Assembly: GCA_977016875.1 (NCBI GenBank)
Contig: CDRNST010000062.1
Coordinates: 4,154,001 to 4,218,000, forward strand
Reading direction: 5' to 3'
DNA length: 64,000 nt
Source: Pavona decussata
Lineage: Eukaryota
The notes under the pieces are model-generated. The model was not told where the DNA came from. It made no database searches and was given only the letters and a program-made list of their open reading frames with translations. Positions 51,262-64,000 of this stretch are shown piece after piece. Made by a program: the position numbers and the translations under genes. The stretch's first letter is position 1. Every line of letters starts with the position of its first letter.

Positions 51262-51428
51262 CCTAATGCCCGGGTGGGGGTGAGGAGATGGGCACTGCTA
51301 GAGGTTACTGATGAATTAGTTCTGAAAAAGCGAAGGCGCCCTCATGACTTTGTCAAAGCTGCTTCGAATTGTAGCCATGTTAATGTGAACGTCGCCTGAA
51401 CTACCTAAAAAGCGCGTTTTTGATCACT

Positions 51429-54400
51429 TCACGTTACCTCATAAAACACTTCAATATCACTGGGAGTAAAATAGGACTTTCCAGCAAAAAACGCACATCG
51501 ACCAGATGAAGAATACCCTGGGGGGAGGGCATAGGAGTAGCCGCAAGAGGTGTGGCTATTGTATATCTGACTGTTAGGGTGTATGTAGATTCCGTGTCCT
51601 CTACCAAAAGCCGGCCCACGATCACTTCTTCTGTATGTGGCGTATCTATATTGTCCTGATTTGATCCGTAGCTTAACAGGATTGTACCTACGGTTGTAGT
51701 TGTACAGCGAGTAGATAAAGGCTTTACTGGAATAGGTGTAACCTGAATCTGGAACAAAGATAAACACGTTTTACACCTACATGGTATAACTAAAAAAAAT
51801 CTAAATGATTTAATTACTTTGGGTTAAGAAAAAAAAAAACAAAAAAAAAAAAAAAAAACAGGACATTCAGTTATTTATAAGAACATTTTTCAGATGGGAA
51901 ATTACAAACCCCAGTCCTTAAAAAATATAGTCGAGCACCACCATTGAGACTGTAGAGTAGACTAAAAGTAATCGTGTTTTATTCCACAATTGGAAAAATA
52001 ACTGAAGAATTATTGTCTTGAGTTAGTGCACGCTAGCTGCACAAGTAGCTTACTGAGGAAAACACAACAAGATAAGTGATAATTTAATAATCAAACTAAA
52101 GTGGAAAAGTGACGGGATGAAGAGCAAAGCCGGATACTTACTACTAGCCCAAGAGACATCTGTATATCCGCCAAATATGTAACTGCCGACTTTGATGATA
52201 GTAACAGTAGGTCCCTTTCCATCACATCTGCTATGGAATGTTGAGGACAGCCAGCCATGCGACGAAGCCCGCCAGCATAACAAAAACCTGCTACGGACTG
52301 AGTTACGAAGTACTGGGTTTAAATATGAAATCAACTTGTCCACATACGAGCTACTCTTGGAGACGAGAATACTTGATGAATAGTAGAGGCCACCTAAACG
52401 AGACAAAAATTTTAAGGAGAGGTTAAGGTGATTCCGCTGAAAAAGAAGGAGTATTTAAAATTGTCTAAGACTTGGTCCAGTTCATGACTATGTTATGAGC
52501 ATTACAAAAATGCAATAAAAAATGGGGGTCACCGTGCTCGTTTTTGTGCAACCTGGATGGCTATTATAGTAAATAGATGACCCACGAGGTTTATATTAGG
52601 AACGCTAGTAATCAGAAAAAGGAACTAACATTTCTAGAAAAATTAATTTCTTGCATAAAAATATCGAAGCAGTTCAACAAAATCTACTTTAATCTTACAC
52701 AACAAACTATTTTCATTGAACTGGAATTAAAACTATGAAAGAAATTAAAGATTTTGCTGTGTGCACGTAAGCAGCACTACCTAAATATGTGCTTTTTAAA
52801 GCATTCAAATAAAAGTATCTCATAGTAGAGTATTAAACTTTTCTTTAAATCGCGATATATAGTGGTCAACCGTATGACATTTAAATTGATTCATTAAAAA
52901 ATGGGGGTCACCGTGCCCGTTTAGAAGAAAAGGACCATTTATTTTCCTGCCGAGCTTAACCTCAATGAAATCCCGTAATGTTGTGCGCGCGCGCGCTCGT
53001 GCGCGCGCTAAATGACGCGAAAAATTATGGGCAGCAAGGATGCGCAATGCAATTCGATGGAATCACCTGAAGTAACAGCCTTGTCTCTACCTTGGAATTT
53101 AAGATGATGGATGCGACATTGTCGTTCAACGCCCTCTAATTTCAAAATAAGAACAGTATTATCCTGTAGCTATACTTATTTGACCCTGAAGAGGAGGTTT
53201 TGTTGCGGACATGAAAACAGGCAGTGGTGACTCACGACCTTCAGGTAGGTGGGTGGCCCACTGTCAAACGCTGGACTTCCTTCTCTTTGTGAAACAAAAT
53301 ATCTAGTAGCCTCGACTCTACGGGCCTCGGTTTGGTGTAAAAAATAAGATGGGGCGGGGGTGGGAAGAGGAACCTTCCTTTGATCCACCAGCGAAAGGGA
53401 TAGATGGTTTGAACACAAGCCTGTTATTGCGGGGAGACAATATCTAATAAAGTGCAGTTTCGGGTGCATTTAACATGTCTTGATGATATGCCTTTCTGTA
53501 AATTGGTTAATGACATGTTATTTGCACTATTTACTTGACCACGGCAGCAGCCGATTACCGCGATTAAGAGGAAAACTCACGTTTATATAAGCAGTAGTGT
53601 CCGTTTCCATGATAGTTTGACTGACAAGCACAGCTGTAAGACCCCACGGTGTTTGTGCAAACGGCGTACGCGTGACAATTGTGCGAGCCACTTGTACATT
53701 CATTGATATCTGAAAATTTTGTTACATTGAAACAAAACTGCTCAACATCATGTTTGAATGATTATCACATCATAACACAACTCATTATCTGATACCAGTA
53801 CAAGATACTGCACTGAAACGCATGCGCCAGAGGACTTTCACGCATGCGCATAGCCCGTTACCCTTAAATATCCTAATGTGAATAATTGTGCTGCTGCCTT
53901 ATTACGCAATTGCATCAATGCATATTTGTTAACTTGGTTTACGCAGCAGTGATTAAATTTTTTCTTAGGGGATCCTCGTTTTCAGTTTCACTATAGTTAT
54001 CTGTTAATACTGTTAGTAATATTGTGTGATTGCAAAAATGCGCATTTTCGTATGCAATTGTACAACAACGTTGTTTCCTTAAATCGTTTTAAAAAAATGT
54101 ATATTAAATTAGAACAGTTTTGAATTGATCATGAGGGTCGTAAGTTAGTTCGCTTTTGTTATGGTTTTGCTTTACGGAGATCTTCGATTGGTTAGCAAAA
54201 CTCGCGCTACTTTCTCAACAGATGAGAAGCAAAACCAACATTAACCATGCGAACGCGAAGTCGCGAAGTCGTACCATTACATCAAATGATTATTCTATGA
54301 GCTGTTAGCACAAGCAAAAGAACTCTTCCATTTCTTACCACTGCAAGTTTTTCCATTTCCAGTAAAACCGGGTTTGCACGTACAAACATAGGAACCGATA

Positions 54401-57073
54401 TTGTTAACACAATTGGCTTTGGGGTGACAAACTGCAGGAGAAGCGCTACATTCATCAATGTCTGACGAAACACAATAGTAACAGAAACTGAGTTAGTTTT
54501 TAGGTTCCTACACAATAAGCAAAGAAACAAATTTGCCAGGCTTTTTTTTAACTATGTGCTGACAGAAAACATCACGATTTGAGTTGGGGAACCTGTTACA
54601 TGTGTTTTCTTTTCTCTCGTAGTCTGTTTACAGGATTTCGTTCTTTTAACCTTATAGAAGAATGAAAGTAACTTTCTCTTGTTGATTAAGACACAGTCCA
54701 TTATTAGTAGTAATAAATGAGCTACGATCGCAGTTTAGTTCGGATATCCGTAACTGCGATTGTCTCATTTATTAATTGTTTAATCCACAGTTCAAGTATA
54801 TGAACTGCATACACTCTACTTGCATCCGGCTTCATTTCAACAGGTATGATAGGAATTTACAAAATGACCAGCTCCCAGTTGGCTTGATAGCTCAGTTGGT
54901 AGAGATGGTGTGTCGTTATCACAGAGGTCATGGGTTCGAATCCTTTTCAACCCTGAAGTTTAAGAGGTTGTCGTATTTTAATTGCTTAAGTTGGGTATAC
55001 AACTTCGATGGTCATTCACTTCTCAATTCTTTCATTCACAGTTCAACTTGTATATGACTTTCATATTCACAGACGCCTATTGCCCAGCTCACATAAATGC
55101 ATTATTTTTGAGTTCCGTTTTCATTTTCCGCCCAATTTGGAGAATGGAAACGATTGAACGCGAGGTCTTCTGATTAGAATTTACTGAAAATGCATTTATT
55201 TGCAATAAGAAAACAACTTTTTCAATGCCGTTATTTGAAGCATGGTTAATGTAAAGACCGAAAAATTTTACTCAGCTCTTGTTTCCTGATCGCTAGTCAA
55301 GGGGAACGAAGACTTTGGGTACGAGATTGGCATCGACACTTGCATCCTTTTCTTGTTACGTGGACTACTTGACAACGATGATTCGTTTAGTCAAGGCCTT
55401 CTGTACGTGATCAAAATGGCTGTGCGATGCAATTTTGAATCCGAAGGCAAGACTTCGTCACTTCGTTGTTATTGCCTTTACTTAAACAAGCGCATGTGCA
55501 AATGCATGATGGGTAAAGTACGATAAAAGATGGCAGCTTTTACCACAATGCCTTGCAAGCCGATCACAGCTTATAGGCTGCTTCCCGACCAACAACATTG
55601 TGTATGCTAAGTTTGAAGATTTTGGAACTTTTCTGTGCGTTTTAATGAGCTTTTATAGTGTTTTTGTACGCTAAGAACTATGGGTAAAAATATGAGCCGC
55701 CATGTTTTTTGGTACAGCGGATTATCATCACCTACGTTCAACTTTCTATGCCTCATGCTACACGCTTAACGTCCGGCTCCCTGCATTTTGATCCTCGCTT
55801 CATTTGCGCATTCTTTGCACTCACTCTACCCGCGCAACAGCCCAGTTAGCTTATAGAATCAAATCTGTGACCAGTCTTTTACACACCTTCGGTTGCCATG
55901 TTACAGTCAGCGAGGACATTCGTTCCTGGTATGATGGAGTAGAACCAGTATTTGCCACTGACAGCTTGTCCTCCTTCATTCGCTTTTATTTCTTTGCAAG
56001 ACTTGGCCGGGAGCTTAGAGATGGAGCCGAGAGGAACTGTGAAGATGAAGCCATTTAACAAAGTTAGCTCATTCTGAGTAGGAATATACATAGCTGTGGT
56101 GCTGTTTGTTATGTTATGAAGGTGTGCTTATTTTTGGGTCTGTGGATGAAATCCTATAAAGTGTGACCATTCAAATGAAAACTTCTGAGTAGTACGTTCC
56201 TGTGGTGCTGTTAATTATGCTGTATAAGGTGGTTCTAACTTTTGAGTCAATGGATGAAATCCTAAAGTGTGACCATTCAAATGAAAGCTATTGAGCAGTA
56301 CTTTTCTGTGGTGCTGTTTATTAGGCTATACAAGCTCACATGGTTCTAACTTTTGAGTCAATGGATGAAATCCTAACGTGTGACCATTCAAATGAAAGCT
56401 ACTGAGTAGTACTTTCCTGTGGTGCTGTTTATTATGCTGTACAAGCTAAGGTGGTTCTAACTTTTGAGTCAATGGATGAAATCCTAACGTGTGACCATTC
56501 AAATGAAAGCTACTGAGTAGTACTTTCCTGTGGTGCTGTTTATTATGCTGTACAAGGTAGTTCAAATATTTGAGTCTGTGGATGAAATCCAAAAGTGTGA
56601 CCATTCAAATGAAAGTTACTGAGTAATACTTTCCTGTGGTGCTGTTTATTATGCTGTATAAGGTGGCTCGAATATCTCAGTCTGTGGACGAAATCGCGGT
56701 TATTATTGAAATAAAAAAGAAAAAACATCTAAACATAACTTTAACTCATACCTCTCCTGACATCAAGCTTGACGTAATATCGATCAGGGTCCTTAACAAA
56801 ATTATCTGGACTTGCTTCCTTCGTGCGGTTGTTCCATTCACACACACTCTCCGAAACCACGAAGTTAAAACTTTGACAGACGTCTTCTTCTCTGCATACG
56901 AAGAGACATTCAGCATGGCCAGATGGTGCATAGCGCTTGTTATAAGTGTGTCCCTGTAACTTCATGCCGGAGATTGGCAGCTGACGGGGTCCATTGCACT
57001 GCTCAGCAGTTGAGGCTTTGTGAACCAGGCCAGTTACAGCGATCGCGAGGATGATTGGTGTAAACGCGGCCAT
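51429..57073 (-). CDS. Gene B: secreted signal peptide-PAN/apple-(fibrinogen/COLFI N-terminal-like module)-EGF_CA x2-TLDc protein, 6 exons, 431 aa
   Basis: Exons: 57073-56752, 56036-55887, 54461-54339, 53709-53581, 52393-52142, 51748-51429. All introns are GT-AG and phase 1; total 1296 nt, open to TGA. Same motifs as gene A. Confidence 0.9.
52427..53067. mobile_element. Non-autonomous DNA transposon in an intron of gene B, TTAA/TGAA flanks (Kolobok-like)
   Basis: Ends GGTGATTCC ... GGAATCACC; absent from the equivalent gene A intron (GGTTAAGTAGCAG at ~32743). Confidence 0.8.
56092..56692. repeat. Same satellite in intron 1 of gene B (~5.5 units)
   Basis: Unit starts near 56095, 56201, 56307, 56418, 56529, 56635 (106/111-bp spacing). 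Confidence 0.92.
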
Positions 57074-60000
57074 TGTATATGACTCGTCGGCAAAGGAAAA
57101 CCTACAATCGAAACATCAACAGGGGTGGTATTAATTTGTATCACAAATTTCGTCAAATTTGCCATTGTCTTATTCAGTATGGATTATAAAATCCGCCCGC
57201 TTATTGTCACGGTTTCTTCAATTGATCGATAAATGAAAGGTCTGGAAACAAGATACACCATTGCGCGCAATAAACTAACAGCCATTATCCAGGGTGCAGA
57301 TAGAATGGTCATTCTTTCCTGCGCCTGTCCTTTTCCTTCATCGTTTTTGCAACGCGCGTACAACATTAGTGACCTTAAGATTCTAGGACAAGAACGAGTT
57401 TTTCCAATAAGAGTGGGCTTGCGCGTGGACCAAGTGTCATTTTCGGGCGCGAAAAACAAGGTAACCGTTGACATTCAGGTGTCGCAACGGGGACGGCAAG
57501 GGAGCTTGGGATGGGTTTTCGCGCTCAATGCGCGCTGAATCACTCAGCTCGATTTCCACTTTGGGTTGCTGCCACGAGATTCTTGAAGTGGTGCCAATAC
57601 TCACGGTTCGTGTGTTTCGCAGTGACGCGTAATACTGCGTGGTGTGGCAGTATAGGGCGACACTCGTTTGACTCAGGGCTTAATTCGCTCGCGTGACTTA
57701 CAGCTTTTCTGCGGTTAAGACATTCGCACGAAATTCAAACGAAACGAAAACGAAAACTAATGCCTAATGTTTTCCCGTGTATATCACGAGGATGTATTGT
57801 AGCCTAAATCCATCAATCCTAACACTGAAAATTCGGCACCTTGCATGATTGCGTAAATTTTTTAATGAAGGAAAATGGACAAAACTAAGCAGTTGAAAAA
57901 AAAAATTGTCATTTTTTTTTGTGTTTTGGAAGTTGGGCAAGTTCAAATGCAGCCCAATAATTAAATTTTTGACAAGTTTTAATAAAATTGTCTAGTTTAT
58001 GACGCCAATGGAACTTGCTGTCGGTATAAGCGCTAAGTGGTTGTTGGTGAAATATATTTTAGAACAAGAGTAATTAGGAACTCTTGAATATAAGCGATGG
58101 TTGGAACTCTTCAAGTACATCATAGTCCTTTCCACCATTTTAGTCATTTGAGCCAAAGGCACTTCCCCTTATCCTCTTCCTGTTCAGAACCTCTCAAATA
58201 TATTTTCTTGGAGTGCGCCCAGTTTCGAGTGCATTCCGGAGTAGTGGCCAATACGTAAGAGATATAAAACCGAGAACGGAGGTATTAATCCATATACATG
58301 GATATACATGGATGTATATGGATTAATACCGACGTTCGAGGTATTTATCTGACTTATTTCATGAAATTATTCCTTTGTTCAAGGGGACAAACGCCGGCTA
58401 ATTAGTACCGTCACACTTAGGTGAGAAACGGAGAACAATAGAAGCAACCTGATGTGTGCGTTTCTCGCAGTACTGCTAATGTAAATGAGGGATTTATCTG
58501 TATAAATCCCTCGTTTCAGTTAGTTTAATATTCATGAAGGATGTAAGTTAAAAAAGAGGATGTTGAATAACAAAAGAAAATGTGTGATTCATGAAATAAT
58601 TTTAGAATAAATACTGAATTTGCTGTCAAGTTTTCTTTTATAATAACAAAGCTGAAAATCTGCCTGTTGAGTTAATTTCTGATGAATTAAAAATGAAAAC
58701 TTATTTTTGTCAAAAGTTTTTTTTTTCATCAGTATTCAATCGAATTATTGATGAGCGCCAATGTTCTCCAAGCTTTTCCTTGTCCCATTCATATGTTAAA
58801 ACGCATTTAAACTTTTAAGAGCCCTACATGAAGACTCTTTGTCTCTTCCCATTTGTTGTGTTTCTCCCGCTATGTTTAAAATTCCAGTTTAGGATTAATT
58901 TTGAGCGAGCAATTTTCCAGTACAAGCTACTGAAGCGATGAAAGTTGTTCTGACTTCGCAACTGCGAACTCTGGCCATTTTATCTGAAACATTAATGGGA
59001 ATCGAAACATTTTTCGAGAAAGTCAATGTTTCACTTACGTCCAGGAGCTAAGAATGCGTGTCAAAGTTTTTCCCTTGTCAGGATGTCAAACTCAAACAAA
59101 AACTAGCCGGCAGTAGGAATCCATTCACTCGCAGCATGCAAAGAAATTTCGGCTAGATTGCGGGAATGACTCTAGAGAAAAAAAATTTAAAAACTAAACA
59201 GCGTCCTATCCAAGATAAACAGCTTTCTGTTCAAAGCGATAAATTTAACATAGCTACTAGTAAAGAAAACTCTAGTTTTGAATCAGCCTTCTTTTAGTTG
59301 CATTCCTCTCCGATTTTTTCAATGGATGAACGCTATTTGCTTGTGTTGTTAGGTGGAAGTATATAGGTAACTTAACTGGAAGTTTTTAGCTAACTAAAGC
59401 TAGGTGGAAAAGATAACTATATTAGCAGTATGTCTAACGAAAGAGTCGTGTTAGAGAGTCTTGGTTCTTCTTGTTCAGACGAGAAACGAGTTTCTGTTTT
59501 ATACATAACGGGAAGTTCGTCTTATATTAGTAAAGCACACGTTTCACTTCTCCTCTTCCACTTCCCGTAACTTTGTTTAATTTCCTTTAAGCAGACTTGT
59601 GGTTTTTGAAAATTAATTATTAACCACCCTAAATTATATCGCCTCTTCAATTTGAGGGTGTTTAAAAGTCCAAGGTCTTATTAGTTGTCACTGGAAGAAA
59701 AAAGTATTTCTTTGATTGAGTATCTGAGGCCTTTGCTGTGAAAAATTCCCTTGTTTAAATAGAATTTTTCAAACCCTTGACTCTTAATTACACTGAATAC
59801 AACTATAGCGGTAAACCCTTGACTCTTAATTACACTGAATACAACTATAGCGGTATGTGGTTGAAAATACAATGAAAATTTCAGTTCTTTAGAAAAGCAG
59901 CTCAGAATAAATTCAAGGAAGAGTTAGAAGAATATCGAGGATCAAAACCCTAATACCCTTCCGAATCACAAGCGAATTTAAAAGGTTAATGAATGTCAAT

Positions 60001-62063
60001 ACTTATCTTTTTGAAGTTACTGTCGGATTTTATTGAAAAAGTCGTAAAAACCTGCGGATTTCTTAATTAGCGATTTCTATTAGCGGACGTGACAAACTTG
60101 TTCTAATTGAAACAAACTTTATTGCAAGACCGTCTTCCAGCTTAATTGAACTGCCCTATGTTGTCTTGACCAAAAATTCAAGAAATGTCTTGGGCAGGAA
60201 AAGTAGACGTTTATCTCAATTTCCCAGCGCAAGTTGTATAATATTTTGAAGCATTGGTATAGTGGCTATTTATACTAATAGTACAGGTTGTTGAACAAAT
60301 ATGTCGCTTTACATCGAAAAGACTGCAAAGACATGGCTGTTGTTCTTGTCGGAACTGAGAAAAGGAAGGTTTGTTTCCGGACAACGAAGACGTCCCGAAA
60401 CATTTTCATGCTGCAACACCGAGTACAACTCGTAGTGTTCCAACAACTGGCGTTATGTAATCTTTGCGTGCACAACTTTGCTTTGCACGGTTAGACAAAT
60501 TGCTCACTGAGTTGCCTCACTTGAATAAACAAATGGCTCATTCGAAGAAAATACACTCTTATAAGACAGGCGACAATTAAGTTTTACTTTGGTGCCAAAA
60601 ACCACCCTTTATTTCTGGCAAAGCGATGCAGCACGCTTGTGAAACTTCTGAAATCGGTTTACATCCGGCATCTGGCCACTTACTCCGGGACCCTGGTCTC
60701 AAGATTGGCGCAAGCGAGAGAGAAAACACATGGAGCTGCAAGGCATGGAAGATTATGAGGGACAATTTCTCTCCATCTTGCAACGCATCTCGCAAAGTTT
60801 CGAGAAGAAGAGGAACTTGTCTACTTTTTTTGCAACCTGCAACGAAATTTTTAGTTACGAGGACTTCAAGAGGGGAAGTCATACGCGCAGTTTCGCTCTC
60901 AACTTGTTTCGCAATGGCGTTGCTATAATTTTCAGGAAAAACAGCCAGACGTATAACAGTACTTTTAAGGAGAACTGCCGACTGTGCAGTGGTGTGAACA
61001 ATCGCCCCTCACTTGCACTGCAGCTCGGGTTCGAATCCCGTATTTGTTATGTGTGGAGAGATGATGTTGTTGCTTTCTTCCTTGCTGCAAAGGTTGTTTT
61101 CTAGATTCTGATGTTTTTCTCCCTCCACAAAAACCATTACTGTCAATACCCTTATGAAAGGCACCTGCGATATGCTTTTTTTCTAGGCCTCTGAAGTTCA
61201 TAAAGTACAGTCACACCAAAAAAATCTACCCTAGATTTTACAATATTTTCGTCAAGATGGCTAAAAGTTAGAAGAATAGGATATTTTCCCTCACCTTTTC
61301 AAAAATGTACCTGATGCACTTTCAAGTCATAGACAAACTGTTATGTTAAGTAAAACGACGGAACACTTTTAAAGAGTTGTGCAGGTGGCTGACATTGATA
61401 ATCACAGTTGACAGGTGAAATACAGCTTCCAATATCAGAATGCAAATAGCTAGGATGACTGCCTGACACAGCACGATTATAGGAAGTCAGTTATATAAAT
61501 GAGAACAGTGTAATATTTCCTCCCTAGGTATTATTATTCATAAGGTATGGGGAATCGCTCTGGCCTAGGACTAGCCCAGACCAGACGAAGGTAAATGTGG
61601 CAAGGCAAGGTTCAACCCAACTGACTCGAAGGGAGGGAAGGGTGGGCAGCTAAACATGATTTGAGCTCGCGGCCTCAAGTTGAGTGACAGAGTGTGACAC
61701 AATGCAATCTATTATATAGCATATTCAAATAATCCCAAGGGAGTTAATTACCAATGCAAACTAAGTTTGCATAGTTACGGCCACCTGAGGCAAACCCCAC
61801 TGGGAGCTAAGTACAAGAGGCAATTAGAACTAAACAAATATCACCGAACCAGAACCTTGCAAGCAAATTCATAAACACCTCTCACGGCTTTCGGCATCTC
61901 ATCAAACAAATTCAAAACAATCCAAGACACCGCGTTTCGGTAAATCACAGTATATTACAAGAAAAAGGAGTCTCGTCGCAAAGACTTGTCAGAACAATTC
62001 TCAATAAAAGGGATAAAAAATTATTGCCCCCGCAGGGTTTTGGCCTAGAGGCCAAAACCCGAG

Positions 62064-62096
<33 letters not shown>

Positions 62097-64000
62097 TAAG
62101 GAATTTCAAAATGTAAGAAAGTAAGTACTGTAAGTAAATTTGTTAGTATGCGAAAAAAATCTCGATTTGATCAAACTAGGCGCGCACGGTCGTCTCGGGT
62201 AATATTTCAGCAAGCGCGAAAGGTGCTATCGGGTAGCTGTCATTCTGCAACCACGAGGTCTTCGAGCAGCGTTTGACGGTCTTGCGAGCAAGAGTTTGCG
62301 TTTCGTCGTCCTCAAGCAGCATTTCGAGTTCTTTCTAGCAGTGTTTCAAGGTCTTGCAACCACGAGTTCGCATTTCGCCATCATTTAGCAGCATTTCAAC
62401 CACGAGTTCGCGTTTTGCCATCTTCTAGCAGCGTGTCAAGGTCTTGCAACCACGAAGTCACGTCTCGCCATCTTCTGCATCTTTAGCAGCCTTTCAAACC
62501 ACGAGTTCACATAATTATACATACAATACGTTGCTGTTTCACAAAACAAAACTGTATGACTGTAATAGATTTCAATGTCAAATTTACAGAGAAATATGCT
62601 AACCAGTTACATGGATGTTAAATTCAATAAATATTCAAACGTTTCTTTTTTAACATTCGTATGCACAGTGATTTATATCCAGTAAGAACCATATACAGGT
62701 GTTAAACAGATCTTGAAAAGCGATGGCAGGTCTAGTGAAAACTATTACTAGTTTTAAATTTTTTCAATAAAGCGCCAGGCAGCAGTACACATCACAGGTA
62801 AGTTCAACACGTGGAAAAAATCTCGCCACTACGACAAAACCACGTGCAAAAATATTCGCAATCATAAGGCTGGTTTCCATATGATCGCGTATCGCAGATC
62901 GCAGATCGCAATAAGGTCTGCGATCGTCTGCGATCCTGCGATCGTGATCGCAGAAGATAGAACCATGTTCTATCTAAAGGCTGGTTTCCATATGATCGCG
63001 GATCGCAGATCGCAGATCGCAATAAGGTCTGCGATCGTCTGCGATCATATGGAAACTACTTCTGCGATCGTCTGCGATCCTGCGATCGTGATCGCAGACG
63101 ATCGCAGAAGATAGAACCATGTTCTATCTCCTGCGATCGTCTGCGATCAATTGCCATTGTTTGCGATCTGCGATCCGCGATCATATGGAAACCAGCCTTT
63201 AGATAGAACATGGTTCTATCTTCTGCGATCGTCTGCGATCACGATCGCAAGATCGCAGACGATCGCAGAAGTAGTTTCCATGTGATCGCAGACGATCGCA
63301 GACCTTATTGCGATTTGCGACCATATGGAAACCAGCCTATAGTCAATATCAGCCTTTGCTTATTTAAAAAACATTTGTCACGCCGCCACAAACGACACCA
63401 CACAGGCAAGGCTAGTGAACACGTGAAAATACTTCAGCCAGTTAAGGCAAAACCACACAGGCAAAAAATCTCACAATTCCAGACGCCGCCACAGGCAACA
63501 CCACACAGGCAATAAAAAAACCACACAGGAAAATACTGCCGCCACTTCAGGCAAAAAAACCACACAGGCAATTCACGCAATTTCCAACGCCGCCTCAGGC
63601 AACACCACACAGGCAAATTTTACCCTACAGGTAATACTGCCACCACTTCAGGCAAAAAACACACAGGAATTTAAGTAATTTCCAACGCCGCCCCAGGCAA
63701 TACGGCACATAAGCAAATTTTACCCCACAGGTAAGACTAGCCGACTAGAAACTATCCCGCCAGACAGTCAAACAAATTCTAGATACCTTACTGTTCATGC
63801 AAAAATGAACAAGCACAACTTGGGGGATCTCGCCACTACATGCAAACTAAGAACAAACACGAGGAATTTAACTAGTCTGCGGCACAAAACGAGCTAAAGC
63901 TCCGAAAAGACTAAACGAAGGTGAGAACTTAACGTAACTCATCCTGAACTTGACCAGCGACAAGTTCTTTATTCCAGAATAAATGAATGAACTATTGAAC
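56903..64000 (+). repeat. Near-identical segmental duplicate of positions 1-~6760 (period ~56.9 kb)
   Basis: Identical ORF-track translations (282/57184, 331/57233, 3334/60288, 6189/63434). The copies are co-linear, with scattered SNPs and a few indels. Confidence 0.97.
62867..63338. mobile_element. GATCGCA-rich MITE, nested/expanded form
   Basis: Same TIRs, with a complete inner copy at ~62978-63198 between mirrored arms. Confidence 0.82.

Larger units (their letters stand above)
45236..51428 (+). repeat. Diverged duplicate of 22484-31914 (3' flank of the gene family), lacking the RTE and carrying its own MITEs
   Basis: Co-linear matches: 45241-45380 with 22487-22620; 45667-47290 with 23797-25910; 47310-48120 with 26157-26968; 48155-48480 with 30347-30957; 48960-50170 with 31100-31630. 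Confidence 0.92.

Noticed and set aside
56092-56692. CRISPR-like array (also 5280-5550 and 6135-6490)
   Set aside because: Whole units repeat without unique spacers, there are no cas genes, and the context is a eukaryotic intron or flank.

Overview
Eukaryotic, intron-rich, AT-rich DNA. The repeat content and gene style suggest a cnidarian, probably a stony coral (inference only). The window holds a tandem gene cluster on the minus strand. There are two complete, hand-spliced genes (31915-40376, 8 exons, 507 aa; 51429-57073, 6 exons, 431 aa) and the first exon of a third (1-171). They encode signal peptide + PAN/apple + a short fibrinogen/COLFI-N-like 'SCKEIK' module + 4 or 2 Ca-binding EGF repeats + a C-terminal TLDc domain. 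The N-terminal exons are almost invariant between paralogues, while the last TLDc exon is only about 55% identical. The cluster lies in a ~56.9-kb higher-order duplication (1-6760 recurs at 56903-64000). Also present: a 5-exon pseudogene for a secreted protein with two ConA/DUF1080-like repeats, a broken Mutator (MULE) transposase, and a full-length RTE LINE with a 14-bp TSD, one nonsense codon and an HDV-topology 5' pseudoknot. Smaller items include R4-like and CR1/L2-like fragments, tRNA-derived SINEs, many MITEs with verifiable empty sites in the paralogous unit, a 106-111 bp intronic satellite, microsatellites and a 151-N gap. All alignments and counts were done by eye.
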